Source: Enterobacteriaceae endosymbiont of Donacia provostii | Lineage (GTDB): Bacteria; Pseudomonadota; Gammaproteobacteria; Enterobacterales; Enterobacteriaceae | Assembly: GCF_012570145.1 (NCBI RefSeq) | Contig: NZ_CP046206.1 | Coordinates: forward strand, 152,324-184,323 | Direction of reading: 5' to 3' | DNA length: 32,000 nucleotides | Part shown: positions 1 to 8,160 of the stretch, one piece after another | Layout: the number at the start of each line of letters is the position of its first letter | Position numbering within the stretch: position 1 is the stretch's first letter | Notes under the pieces: model-generated | Seen by the model: only the letters and a program-made list of their open reading frames with translations | Told to the model about the DNA's origin: nothing | Database searches by the model: none | Translations under genes and position numbers: made by a program

Positions 1-1
1 A

Positions 2-925
2 AATAATAATAAAGAAAAAAAATTATTAAAAGATAAAAATATTATTCTTATATTTGAAAAAAATTCTACTCGTACTAGATGTTCTTTTGAAATAGCTTGT
101 TTTGATCAAGGAGCAAATGTTACTTTTTTAAATACAGAACACAGTCATATAAGACATAAAGAATCATTAAAAGATTCTACTAAAATTTTAAGTCAAATGT
201 ATAATGGCATAGGATATAGAGGACAATATCATAAAAATATTGAAATAATAGCTAAATACTCAAAAATTCCAGTATGGAATGGATTAACAAATGAATTTCA
301 TCCTACTCAAATCTTAGCTGATTTACTAACTATAAAAGAAAATATAAAAAATACTGATGTAGATCAAATAAAATTATCTTATATAGGGGATATTAATAAT
401 AATATTTCTTATAGTCTTATAGAATTATCAATGATAATTGGTTTTAAATTATATTTAATATCTCCACAAAAATTACAATCATATAATAATTTTTATATTA
501 AAAATTTAATAAAAAAAATACAATACTATCCTAATATTCATATTACTTCTAATATAGAAGAAGGTATAAAAAATACAGATTTTATTTATACAGATATTTG
601 GTTATCTATGGGTGAAAAAGATTCATTAAAATCATGGGAAAAAAAAATAAAAATTTTACATAATTATCAAGTTAATAAAAAACTTTTAGAAAAAAGTGAA
701 AATAATAATATTAAAGTTATGCATTGTTTACCTTCATTACATTTATATAGTCATTATAAAAAATTATTTAATAATAAAATAATATCTAAATATAATTTAT
801 ATAATGGATTAGAAATAACAGATGATATTTTTGAATCAGAACAAAGTATTATTTTTCAGCAAGCAGAAAACAAAATTCATACAATTAAAGCTATAATGAT
901 TACTTCTTTATTAAAAGAAATTTAA
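2..925 (+). CDS. argF: ornithine carbamoyltransferase (5' end outside window)
   Basis: The frame of nt 2 is open from the window edge to TAA at 923-925. The translation contains the carbamoyl-phosphate-binding motif STRTRCSFE (nt 65-91) and the HCLP motif (VMHCLPS) typical of OTCases. The track ORF at 197 is only the first in-frame ATG. Confidence 0.93.
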   Translation, partial: NNNKEKKLLKDKNIILIFEKNSTRTRCSFEIACFDQGANVTFLNTEHSHIRHKESLKDSTKILSQMYNGIGYRGQYHKNIEIIAKYSKIPVWNGLTNEFHPTQILADLLTIKENIKNTDVDQIKLSYIGDINNNISYSLIELSMIIGFKLYLISPQKLQSYNNFYIKNLIKKIQYYPNIHITSNIEEGIKNTDFIYTDIWLSMGEKDSLKSWEKKIKILHNYQVNKKLLEKSENNNIKVMHCLPSLHLYSHYKKLFNNKIISKYNLYNGLEITDDIFESEQSIIFQQAENKIHTIKAIMITSLLKEI

Positions 926-974
926 AATTAAATCAATTTAAATAGAATTAAATTTTTAAAAAAAATAGGCTTTT

Positions 975-1360
975 ATGAAAAACATTATTCATACAACAAA
1001 AGCATCATTACCTATAGGATATTATGTACAGGGTATTTTATTAAATAAAATATTTTTTATTTCAGTTCAAATACCAATTAATCCATTTATTGGATTAATT
1101 ACTTTAGGAATTAATAAACAAACATTTCAAGTTTTAGAAAATATTAGATATATTTTAAAAAAAAAATTTTTTATATCAAAAATATAGTGAAAACAACTAT
1201 TTTTTTAAAAAATTTTTATAATTTTAGTAAAATGAATTTAATTTATCAAAAATATTTTTTAGAATATTGTAAAAATTATTCTACTAGGACTTGTTTAGAA
1301 GTATCTAAATTACCTAAAAATGTAAAAATTAAAATTGAAGCTTTTGCTATTAGAATATAA
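975..1360 (+). pseudogene. ridA: RidA/YjgF-family enamine/imine deaminase, frame broken in a poly(A) tract
   Basis: The N-terminal half is the track ORF 975-1187. The C-terminal half (IVKTTIFLKNF...YSTRTCLEVSKLPKNVKIKIEAFAIRI) is read in the frame of nt 1187 and ends at TAA 1358-1360. It matches E. coli RidA ...VKTTVF...PARSCVEVARLPKDVKIEIEAIA (from memory). The two frames meet in the A10 run at 1157-1166. Confidence 0.85.
1157..1166 (+). repeat. A10 homopolymer at the ridA frameshift point
   Basis: Direct count of ten consecutive A. An A11 tract would restore a RidA that aligns to the E. coli protein without gaps. Confidence 0.9.
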
Positions 1361-1386
1361 TATATATTATGTAAGGTTTAATTAAA

Positions 1387-2445
1387 ATGTTTTTATTTTT
1401 TAGATTATTATTTATATTATTTATTATAATGTTATTTCCAATAACAAAAAAATATATAAATAAAAAAAAAAATTATAATAATACTATCTTTTTTTATAAT
1501 TGGACTGAATATGTTCCTCAAGAAATTTTAAACCAATTTACTAAAGAAACAGGAATTAAAATTATTTATTCTACATATGATTCTAATGAAAGTATGTATA
1601 CTAAATTAAAAACACATAAAAAACAATCATATGATTTAGTAGTACCTTCAACATATTTTGTTTCTAAAATGAAAAATGAAGGTATGATACAAAAAATTAA
1701 AAAAAATAAAATACCTAATTTTAAAAATTTAGATCCTAAATTTTTAAATAAATCTTTTGATATTAATAATAAGTATTCCATTCCATACATGTGGGGAGCT
1801 ACAGCTATAGGTGTAAATACAAATTTTATTGATTATAAACAAATTAATAGTTGGAATGATTTATGGAATCCAAAATATTATAAATCAATTTCTTTAATTG
1901 ATGATGCTAAAGAAGTATTTCAAATGTCATTAATAAAATTAAAATTAATAAAAGATAATAATATTAATAATATTTATAAAGCTTTTATTGAATTAAAAAA
2001 ATTAATGCCTAATGTTATTTCTTTTAACGCTGATAATCCTGGATATCCCTTTATTGAAGGATCTGTTAATATAGGAATGATTTGGAACGGATCTGCTTAT
2101 ATTATTCAAAAATTAGGTATACCATTAAAATTTATTTGGCCTAAAGAAGGTAGTATTTTTTGGATGGATAATTTTGTTATTCCTAGTAATGCTAAAAATG
2201 TACAAGGAGCTTTACAATTAATAAATTTTTTATTGAGACCTGATATTGCTGCAAAAATAGTTAAAAAAATAGGTTTTTCTACTCCAAATTTAGGAGCTAG
2301 AAAATTTTTACCATTAGAAATGGTAAATAATAATATATTATTTCCTAATAATAAAATTATTAACAATGGTATATGGCAAAATAATAATAATGATAATGTA
2401 AATAAACAATATGAAATATACTTTCAAAAATTAAAAAATTTGTAA
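1387..2445 (+). CDS. potD: spermidine/putrescine ABC-transporter periplasmic substrate-binding protein
   Basis: The 352-aa ORF is collinear with E. coli PotD. Matching segments include FFYNWTEYVPQEILNQFTKETGIKIIYSTYDSNESMYTKLK, YDLVVPSTYF, SIPYMWGATAIGVN, GMIWNGSA, WPKEGSIFWMD and INFLLRPDIA. The N-terminus is hydrophobic. Confidence 0.92.
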   Translation: MFLFFRLLFILFIIMLFPITKKYINKKKNYNNTIFFYNWTEYVPQEILNQFTKETGIKIIYSTYDSNESMYTKLKTHKKQSYDLVVPSTYFVSKMKNEGMIQKIKKNKIPNFKNLDPKFLNKSFDINNKYSIPYMWGATAIGVNTNFIDYKQINSWNDLWNPKYYKSISLIDDAKEVFQMSLIKLKLIKDNNINNIYKAFIELKKLMPNVISFNADNPGYPFIEGSVNIGMIWNGSAYIIQKLGIPLKFIWPKEGSIFWMDNFVIPSNAKNVQGALQLINFLLRPDIAAKIVKKIGFSTPNLGARKFLPLEMVNNNILFPNNKIINNGIWQNNNNDNVNKQYEIYFQKLKNL

Positions 2446-2509
2446 AATTAAATGAATTAAAAATATTTCATATATATATATTTTATTTAACTAAGAATTA
2501 TAAATTTTC

Positions 2510-2539
2510 TTGACATTTAAATAATAAATCATATATTAT
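2510..2539 (+). promoter_or_regulatory. sigma70-type promoter for tRNA-Asn
   Basis: TTGACA at 2510-2515, then TATATT/TATTAT at 2532-2539 (16-18 nt spacer), about 13 nt upstream of the tRNA 5' end. Confidence 0.5.
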
Positions 2540-2552
2540 CTTATGTGTTATA

Positions 2553-2625
2553 TCCTCTGTAGTTCAGTTGGTAGAACGGCGGACTGTTAATCCGTATGTC
2601 ACTGGTTCGAATCCAGTCAGGGGAG
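2553..2625 (+). tRNA. tRNA-Asn (anticodon GUU)
   Basis: tcctctgtagttcagttggtagaacggcggactGTTaatccgtatgtcactggttcgaatccagtcaggggag is nearly identical to E. coli tRNA-Asn. It forms a GC-rich island in AT-rich DNA. No CCA is encoded (followed by taa). Confidence 0.95.
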
Positions 2626-2714
2626 TAAAATAATTTATTTTTATATCATAAAATATATTTTATATTAAATTAAATAATGTAATTGAATAATATTTTTTAT
2701 TATAAGGTATATAT

Positions 2715-3626
2715 ATGATAATAAAATTAAATCAAATTTTAAAAAAAGAAATTATAATAAATGAACTTTTATCTATACAAGATGTAGTACGCTGGATAAC
2801 AACTTGTTTTAGTAAATCAGATTTATGGTATGGACATGGTAGTGATAATCCTTGGGATGAGGCTGTAAATTTAGTTTTACCTATATTAGGATTACCTCCA
2901 TATATGTGGAGTATGGTTTATAACTCTAAATTATCTATTAAAGAACGTAAAATTATTTTTGAATTAGTTATTAAACGAATAAAAGAAAGAATTCCTGTAG
3001 TTTATCTAACACATAAAATTTGGTTTTGTGGATATGAATTATATATTGATAATAGAGTTTTAATACCTAGATCTCCCATTTCTGAACTTATTAATAATAA
3101 ATTTAAATCTATTATTCCTACTAATTATAATCCTAAATATATATTAGATTTATGTACTGGTAGTGGTTGTATTGCTATTGCATGTGCTTATTTATTTCCT
3201 AATTCTCATATAGATGCTGTAGATATATCTTTAGATGCTATTAATGTAGTTGAATATAATATTCAATTACATGGATTAGAAAATCGTGTTACTCCTATAT
3301 GTAGTAATTTATTTGAAAAATTACCTAAATATACTTATGACCTAATTATTAGTAATCCTCCATATATAGATAAAAAAGATATAAGTTCTTTGCCAAAAGA
3401 ATACTTATATGAACCTATAATAGGACTAGTTTCTAAAAATAATGGTATAGAAATTATTGAAAAAATAATATCTATGTACTCTTCTTTCTTAAGAAAGAAT
3501 GGTATTTTAATTTGTGAAGTAGGAGATAAAATGGTTAATATTATAGAAAAATATCCTAATATATATTTTCAATGGTTAAATATAAAAAATGGGGGGGGAA
3601 ATATATTTAAAATAGAAAATAAATAA
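2715..3626 (+). CDS. prmB: ribosomal protein uL3 glutamine N5-methyltransferase (HemK-family, YfcB type)
   Basis: NPPY motif (ISNPPYI) and SAM-binding LDLCTGSGCIA. The N-terminus WYGHGSDNPWDEAVNLVL resembles E. coli PrmB. The gene lies immediately upstream of aroC, as in E. coli. AAGG Shine-Dalgarno before the ATG. Confidence 0.88.
   Translation: MIIKLNQILKKEIIINELLSIQDVVRWITTCFSKSDLWYGHGSDNPWDEAVNLVLPILGLPPYMWSMVYNSKLSIKERKIIFELVIKRIKERIPVVYLTHKIWFCGYELYIDNRVLIPRSPISELINNKFKSIIPTNYNPKYILDLCTGSGCIAIACAYLFPNSHIDAVDISLDAINVVEYNIQLHGLENRVTPICSNLFEKLPKYTYDLIISNPPYIDKKDISSLPKEYLYEPIIGLVSKNNGIEIIEKIISMYSSFLRKNGILICEVGDKMVNIIEKYPNIYFQWLNIKNGGGNIFKIENK
3591..3598 (+). repeat. G8 homopolymer inside the prmB 3' end
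   Basis: Direct count of eight G, read as GGG GGG GGA (the conserved NGGG of PrmB). Confidence 0.9.
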
Positions 3627-3655
3627 AATAAAAAATTTTATAGGGGGAAACTTTT

Positions 3656-4735
3656 ATGTCAGGTAATAGTATTGGTAAATTATTTAAAATTACAACTTTT
3701 GGTGAATCACATGGTAAATCGTTAGGATGTATAGTTGATGGAGTACCACCTAAAATTCCATTAACATTAGAAGATATACAAAAAGATTTAGATAGACGTA
3801 AGCCAGGTACATCAAAATATACTTCTCCACGTAGAGAATTAGATAAAATAGAAATTTTATCTGGTATATTTAATGGTTTTACAACAGGTACAAGTATTGG
3901 TTTATTAATAAATAATATTGATATTAGATCTCAGGATTATAAAAATATTAAAAATATTTTTCGTCCAGGTCATGCAGATTATACTTATGAAAAAAAATAC
4001 GGTATTCGTGATTATAGAGGTGGTGGTCGTTCTTCAGCTAGAGAAACAACAATGCGTGTAGCAGCAGGAGCAATAGCTAAAAAATATTTAAATATAAAAT
4101 ATAATACTAAAATTAGAGGTTATTTATCTCAAATGGGAGATATTATTTGTGATTTTGATAATTGGGAAGAAACTAATAATAATCCTTTTTTTTGTCCAAA
4201 TAAAAATCAAATTCCATTATTAAAAAATAAAATTAATTATTTAAAAAAACACGGTGATTCTATAGGAGCTAAAATTACTATTATTGTAAATAATATACCA
4301 AAGGGTTTAGGAGAACCAGTATTTGATAAATTAGATGCTGAATTAGCTTATGCATTAATGAGTATTAATGCAGTTAAAGGGATTGAAATAGGTGATGGAT
4401 TTAATTGTATAAATAAATTAGGTAGTCATTATAGAGATGAAATAAGTATGGAAGGATTTAAAAGTAATAATTCTGGAGGTATTTTAGGAGGTATAAGTAC
4501 AGGACAAGATATTATTATTAATTTTGTTGTAAAACCTACTTCAAGTATTTCTATACCATGTAAAACTATTAATTCTTTAGGGAAAGAAACAAATTGTATT
4601 ACACAAGGACGACATGATCCTTGTGTAGGAATTAGAGCTATTCCAATAGGAGAAGCAATGGTAGCAATAATTTTAATGGATCATTTATTACGTTATCGTG
4701 CACAATGTTTTGATATTATACATAAATTATTATAA
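3656..4735 (+). CDS. aroC: chorismate synthase
   Basis: Motifs [25 protein letters not shown] and GRHDPCV. Strong Shine-Dalgarno AGGGGG at 3642-3647. Confidence 0.96.
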   Translation: MSGNSIGKLFKITTFGESHGKSLGCIVDGVPPKIPLTLEDIQKDLDRRKPGTSKYTSPRRELDKIEILSGIFNGFTTGTSIGLLINNIDIRSQDYKNIKNIFRPGHADYTYEKKYGIRDYRGGGRSSARETTMRVAAGAIAKKYLNIKYNTKIRGYLSQMGDIICDFDNWEETNNNPFFCPNKNQIPLLKNKINYLKKHGDSIGAKITIIVNNIPKGLGEPVFDKLDAELAYALMSINAVKGIEIGDGFNCINKLGSHYRDEISMEGFKSNNSGGILGGISTGQDIIINFVVKPTSSISIPCKTINSLGKETNCITQGRHDPCVGIRAIPIGEAMVAIILMDHLLRYRAQCFDIIHKLL

Positions 4736-5332
4736 TTCATCTATGTGATGAGATAAATAATCAGTAATTCCAGCATTATTTGGAATAATGCTTTTTTTAC
4801 CTTTTTTCCATTGAGCTGGACATACGTTACCATATTTTTCATAATGATTTAAAGCATCAATCATACGAATTATTTCTGTTATATTTCTTCCAAATGGTAA
4901 ATCATTTATTAATTGATGTCTTACTATTTTTTTTTTGTCTATTAAAAATAAAGCTCTTAATGCTATTCCTAATTCAGGATGTTCAATACCGTAGGATTTT
5001 TGAATATTTTTTTTAATGTCAGAAATCATTATAAAATTAATATTTCCTATTCCTCCATTTTTAATGGGAGTATTACGCCATGCGTAATGAACAAATTGTG
5101 AATCACATGATATACCTAAAATCTTTACATTTCTTTTATTAAAATCATTTAAATTTTTATTTAATGATATAATTTCTGTAGGACAAACAAATGTAAAATC
5201 TAAAGGCCAAAAAAATAATACAGTAATTTTATTATCTACATAATTATAAAAATTAAAATTATCAATAATAGATCCATTTTTTGAAACTGCAGGTGCATCA
5301 AAATCTGGAGCTTTTTTAGTTACTAAAATCAT
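4730..5332 (-). CDS. ahpC: typical 2-Cys peroxiredoxin (AhpC/TsaA family)
   Basis: Peroxidatic Cys motif DFTFVCPTE and resolving Cys motif VCPAQW. GAGGT Shine-Dalgarno upstream of ATG 5332. No ahpF lies adjacent. Confidence 0.92.
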   Translation of the reverse strand: MILVTKKAPDFDAPAVSKNGSIIDNFNFYNYVDNKITVLFFWPLDFTFVCPTEIISLNKNLNDFNKRNVKILGISCDSQFVHYAWRNTPIKNGGIGNINFIMISDIKKNIQKSYGIEHPELGIALRALFLIDKKKIVRHQLINDLPFGRNITEIIRMIDALNHYEKYGNVCPAQWKKGKKSIIPNNAGITDYLSHHIDEL

Positions 5333-5559
5333 ATTTACCTCAAAATGTTATTGTTTTATAAATTATTTATATAGTCTTTAATTATTATTTTATTTAATAA
5401 ATAAAATAATTGTATAGAATAATAATTTTTAATTTATATTTTTTATTTTATATATAAAAATTTTTAATTTCTATATAAAACAAAAAATATAAAAAAAATA
5501 TTATATAAAATATAAAAATACTAAAATTATATTTTTAAAAATTAATATTATTAAATATT

Positions 5560-6396
5560 TTATATTTTACAAGTAATACTATAAATTTTTTTAGTTTCCC
5601 ATGTAAAAATAGTTAATTTATTACCCCAACAACATCCAGTATCTAAACATATAATATTTTTAGGAGTGTATTTTACACCTTGTAAATCTGACCAATGACC
5701 AAAAAATATTGTATATTTTTTATATAAAATATTAGAAAAATTAAACCATGGTTTTAATATAATTGAATTAATATCATTAGGAGCTTTTTTAGTTAACATT
5801 TCTAATGTTCCATTAGGATAACAATACCTCATTTTTGTAAATGCATTAATAATGAAACTAAAACGTTGAAAACCAATTAATGTATTTTTTTTCCAATCAT
5901 TTATTTGATATTTTTCATTATCTATATAATCAAAAAAAAATTTATTTTTTTTTCCAGAAATAATATTCTGTGCTTCTTTAGAAGCAGATAATATAGTTTT
6001 AATATTTGTCCATTGAGGAGTAATACCAGCATGTGACATTAGAATTTTTTTATTTTTATCGTATTGTATTAAAGGTTGATATTTTAACCAAGAATTTATA
6101 ATAAATTGGATTTTAATATCTTTTAATAATTTTAAAATTATTGGATCATTAATATTTTTATTAATAAAACCTAAAGATAATGATATTAAATATAAATCGT
6201 GATTTCCTAATACTAATTTTATAGATTTTCTAATAGAATATAAATAAAATAAAACTTTTTTAGAATCCGGACCTCTTGATATAAGATCTCCTGTAATCCA
6301 TAATTGATCATTTTTATTATTAAAATGAATTTTCTTTAGTAAAGAAATAAATTCATTATAATAACCATGAATATCTCCAATAAAATAAGTAGTCAT
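5560..6396 (-). CDS. apaH: bis(5'-nucleosyl)-tetraphosphatase, symmetrical
   Basis: Metallophosphatase motifs GDIHG, GDLISRGPDS and GNHD. Sits in the conserved rsmA-apaG-apaH order. Confidence 0.93.
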   Translation of the reverse strand: MTTYFIGDIHGYYNEFISLLKKIHFNNKNDQLWITGDLISRGPDSKKVLFYLYSIRKSIKLVLGNHDLYLISLSLGFINKNINDPIILKLLKDIKIQFIINSWLKYQPLIQYDKNKKILMSHAGITPQWTNIKTILSASKEAQNIISGKKNKFFFDYIDNEKYQINDWKKNTLIGFQRFSFIINAFTKMRYCYPNGTLEMLTKKAPNDINSIILKPWFNFSNILYKKYTIFFGHWSDLQGVKYTPKNIICLDTGCCWGNKLTIFTWETKKIYSITCKI

Positions 6397-6420
6397 AATT
6401 TTTATAGATTCTTAGTTATA

Positions 6421-6801
6421 TTAATGTATATAAGTTTTTATTGCTAATCTAAAAATAGGAATATCTACATGATAAACACAATTATTTTCATCAATCATTA
6501 TATAGTGACCTTGTATTATACCAATAGGTGTTTCTAAAATAGTACCACTAGTATAATGAAAATTCTTACCTGGTTTAATATATGGTTTTTTACCAATAAC
6601 TCCTTCTCCATATATTTGGGTTTTTTTACCATTACCATTAGTAATGGTCCAATAACGACTAATTAATTGTAAAATTTTTTTCCCTACATTATGTATAGTA
6701 ATTGTATAAGCAAAAACATAACGATTAATTGTAGGCATAGATTGAGATTCTATATACATACTGTGTACTTTTATATAAACTTGAGATAATAATGATTTCA
6801 T
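6421..6801 (-). CDS. apaG: ApaG (DUF525) protein
   Basis: 126 aa, collinear with E. coli ApaG (RYVFAYTITI, RYWTITNGNG, YTSG, GHYIMIDENN, IPIFRLA). Confidence 0.93.
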   Translation of the reverse strand: MKSLLSQVYIKVHSMYIESQSMPTINRYVFAYTITIHNVGKKILQLISRYWTITNGNGKKTQIYGEGVIGKKPYIKPGKNFHYTSGTILETPIGIIQGHYIMIDENNCVYHVDIPIFRLAIKTYIH

Positions 6802-6805
6802 AAGT

Positions 6806-7633
6806 TTATAACCTTTTATTTATTTTTAACCAATGAGCTAATTGACAATATTCTGTTATTGAAACATCTTCAGCACGAATCTTATAATCAATACCTAAAT
6901 TATTTAGTTCTTCTATAGAAAAAAAATTTACCAAACTATTACGTAGAATTTTTCTTCTCATACTAAATGCTTGTTTAATAATTTTATTTAAAAAATAAAT
7001 ATTATTTATATTATGAGGATTATTATTATAAGGTCTCATATAAATCATACTAGAAAAAATTTTCGGTTTAGGATAAAAATCATTGGGTTTTATTTCTAAT
7101 AAAGTTTTTGTTTTACAAAATAATTGTACTATTATACTTAAACATCCATAATTTTTACTTCCAGGACAAGCAGTTAAACGATTTATAATTTCTTTTTGCA
7201 TTATAAAATGCATATCTTTAATATTATTTAAATAATTAAATAAATAAAAAAGTATTCTTATAGAAATATTATAAGGTAAACTACCAAAGATTCGTATTCT
7301 TCTTTTATATTTTTTTACTAAGTTAAGAAAATTAAAATTTAGTATATTATTTAGTATAATATTAATATTAGAATTAATTAAAATTTGTTTTTTTTTTAAA
7401 ATATTAACAAAATTTTTATCTATTTCAATAATAGAAATGTTTTTATTATATTTAGTCATAGGTATAGTTAATGCACCTAAACCTGGACCTATTTCCATCA
7501 TAATATGATGATATTTAGGATGTATTAAAGATATAATTTTATTAATAGTTTTTTTATTTACTAAAATATGTTGTCCATATTTTTTTTTAAAAAATTTATT
7601 CATTTTATATATTATTCTATAATTTTTTTTCAA
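6806..7633 (-). CDS. rsmA: 16S rRNA (adenine1518/1519-N6)-dimethyltransferase
   Basis: Motifs YGQHIL, SAM-binding EIGPGLGALT and GSLPYNIS. The start is ambiguous: an alternative ATG at 7603 fits the E. coli N-terminal length better. Confidence 0.9.
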   Translation of the reverse strand: MKKNYRIIYKMNKFFKKKYGQHILVNKKTINKIISLIHPKYHHIMMEIGPGLGALTIPMTKYNKNISIIEIDKNFVNILKKKQILINSNINIILNNILNFNFLNLVKKYKRRIRIFGSLPYNISIRILFYLFNYLNNIKDMHFIMQKEIINRLTACPGSKNYGCLSIIVQLFCKTKTLLEIKPNDFYPKPKIFSSMIYMRPYNNNPHNINNIYFLNKIIKQAFSMRRKILRNSLVNFFSIEELNNLGIDYKIRAEDVSITEYCQLAHWLKINKRL

Positions 7634-7816
7634 TTAAATATTATTTCTTTATTTAATATAATAAATTAAAATATTAACTATAATTATTAATTTATATTTA
7701 ATATATACGATTCATATATTTTACTCAATTTTTTAAAATAAAAAATTTTATCAAAAAATTATTATTATATTTAATATTTATATTCTATATATATAGAATA
7801 TAAATTCTGCATATAA

Positions 7817-8149
7817 TCTAATATTATAGATGAATTAACAAAAATTTTTTTTGCTATAAAACAAACAAAAATTTTTATAATAAAAAAAATAATTATTACA
7901 ATAATTATTTCAAAAAAAATAAATAAAGATAATAACGAATTAAATTTTAAAAAAACATATAAAATACTAAGATTAGATAATAATACCAATTTTTTAACCA
8001 TAAAAAGAGCTTATTATAAATTAGTTAGTAAATATCATCCAGATAAATTAATATCTAAAAAATATTCATTAAAATAGTTAGAACAAGCAAAAATTAATAT
8101 TTAAAATATACATAAAGTATATAATTATACTAAAAAAATTTTTAAATAA
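7817..8149 (+). pseudogene. djlA: remnant of co-chaperone DjlA (C-terminal J domain only, two in-frame stops, no start codon)
   Basis: The frame of nt 8003 reads ...YKILRLDNNTNFLTIKRAYYKLVSKYHPDKLISKKYSLK*LEQAKINI*NIHKVYNYTKKIFK*. This matches the E. coli DjlA C-terminus ...NVLGV...[22 protein letters not shown]...MAKQKAQEIQQAYELIKQQKGFK. In-frame stops are TAG 8075-8077 and TAA 8102-8104. The N-terminal ~160 codons are missing. Confidence 0.8.
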
Positions 8150-8160
8150 ATAATTTAATT

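Noticed and set aside
975-1187. The 70-aa ORF taken as a stand-alone small protein.
   Set aside because: It is the N-terminal half of ridA. The missing half follows in another frame.
1566-2366. Two antisense ORFs (1566-1790 and 2106-2366) inside potD.
   Set aside because: These are shadow ORFs opposite a strongly conserved CDS.
2648-2667. A short AT palindrome (ataaaatatattttat) after tRNA-Asn. It could be a terminator.
   Set aside because: The stem is all A/T with no convincing T-tract, so it is not distinguishable from background.
5384-5410. A perfect all-A/T palindrome (13-bp arms, 1-nt centre) between apaH and ahpC. It could be an operator or a terminator.
   Set aside because: With two-letter composition, such palindromes are expected by chance in a few kb of spacer. 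An all-A/T stem would be a very weak hairpin. There is no supporting motif.
7771-8001. A 76-aa hydrophobic ORF on the minus strand in the rsmA-acpS spacer.
   Set aside because: It is a low-complexity Ile/Phe/Leu translation of AT-rich DNA. The opposite strand carries the recognisable djlA J-domain remnant.
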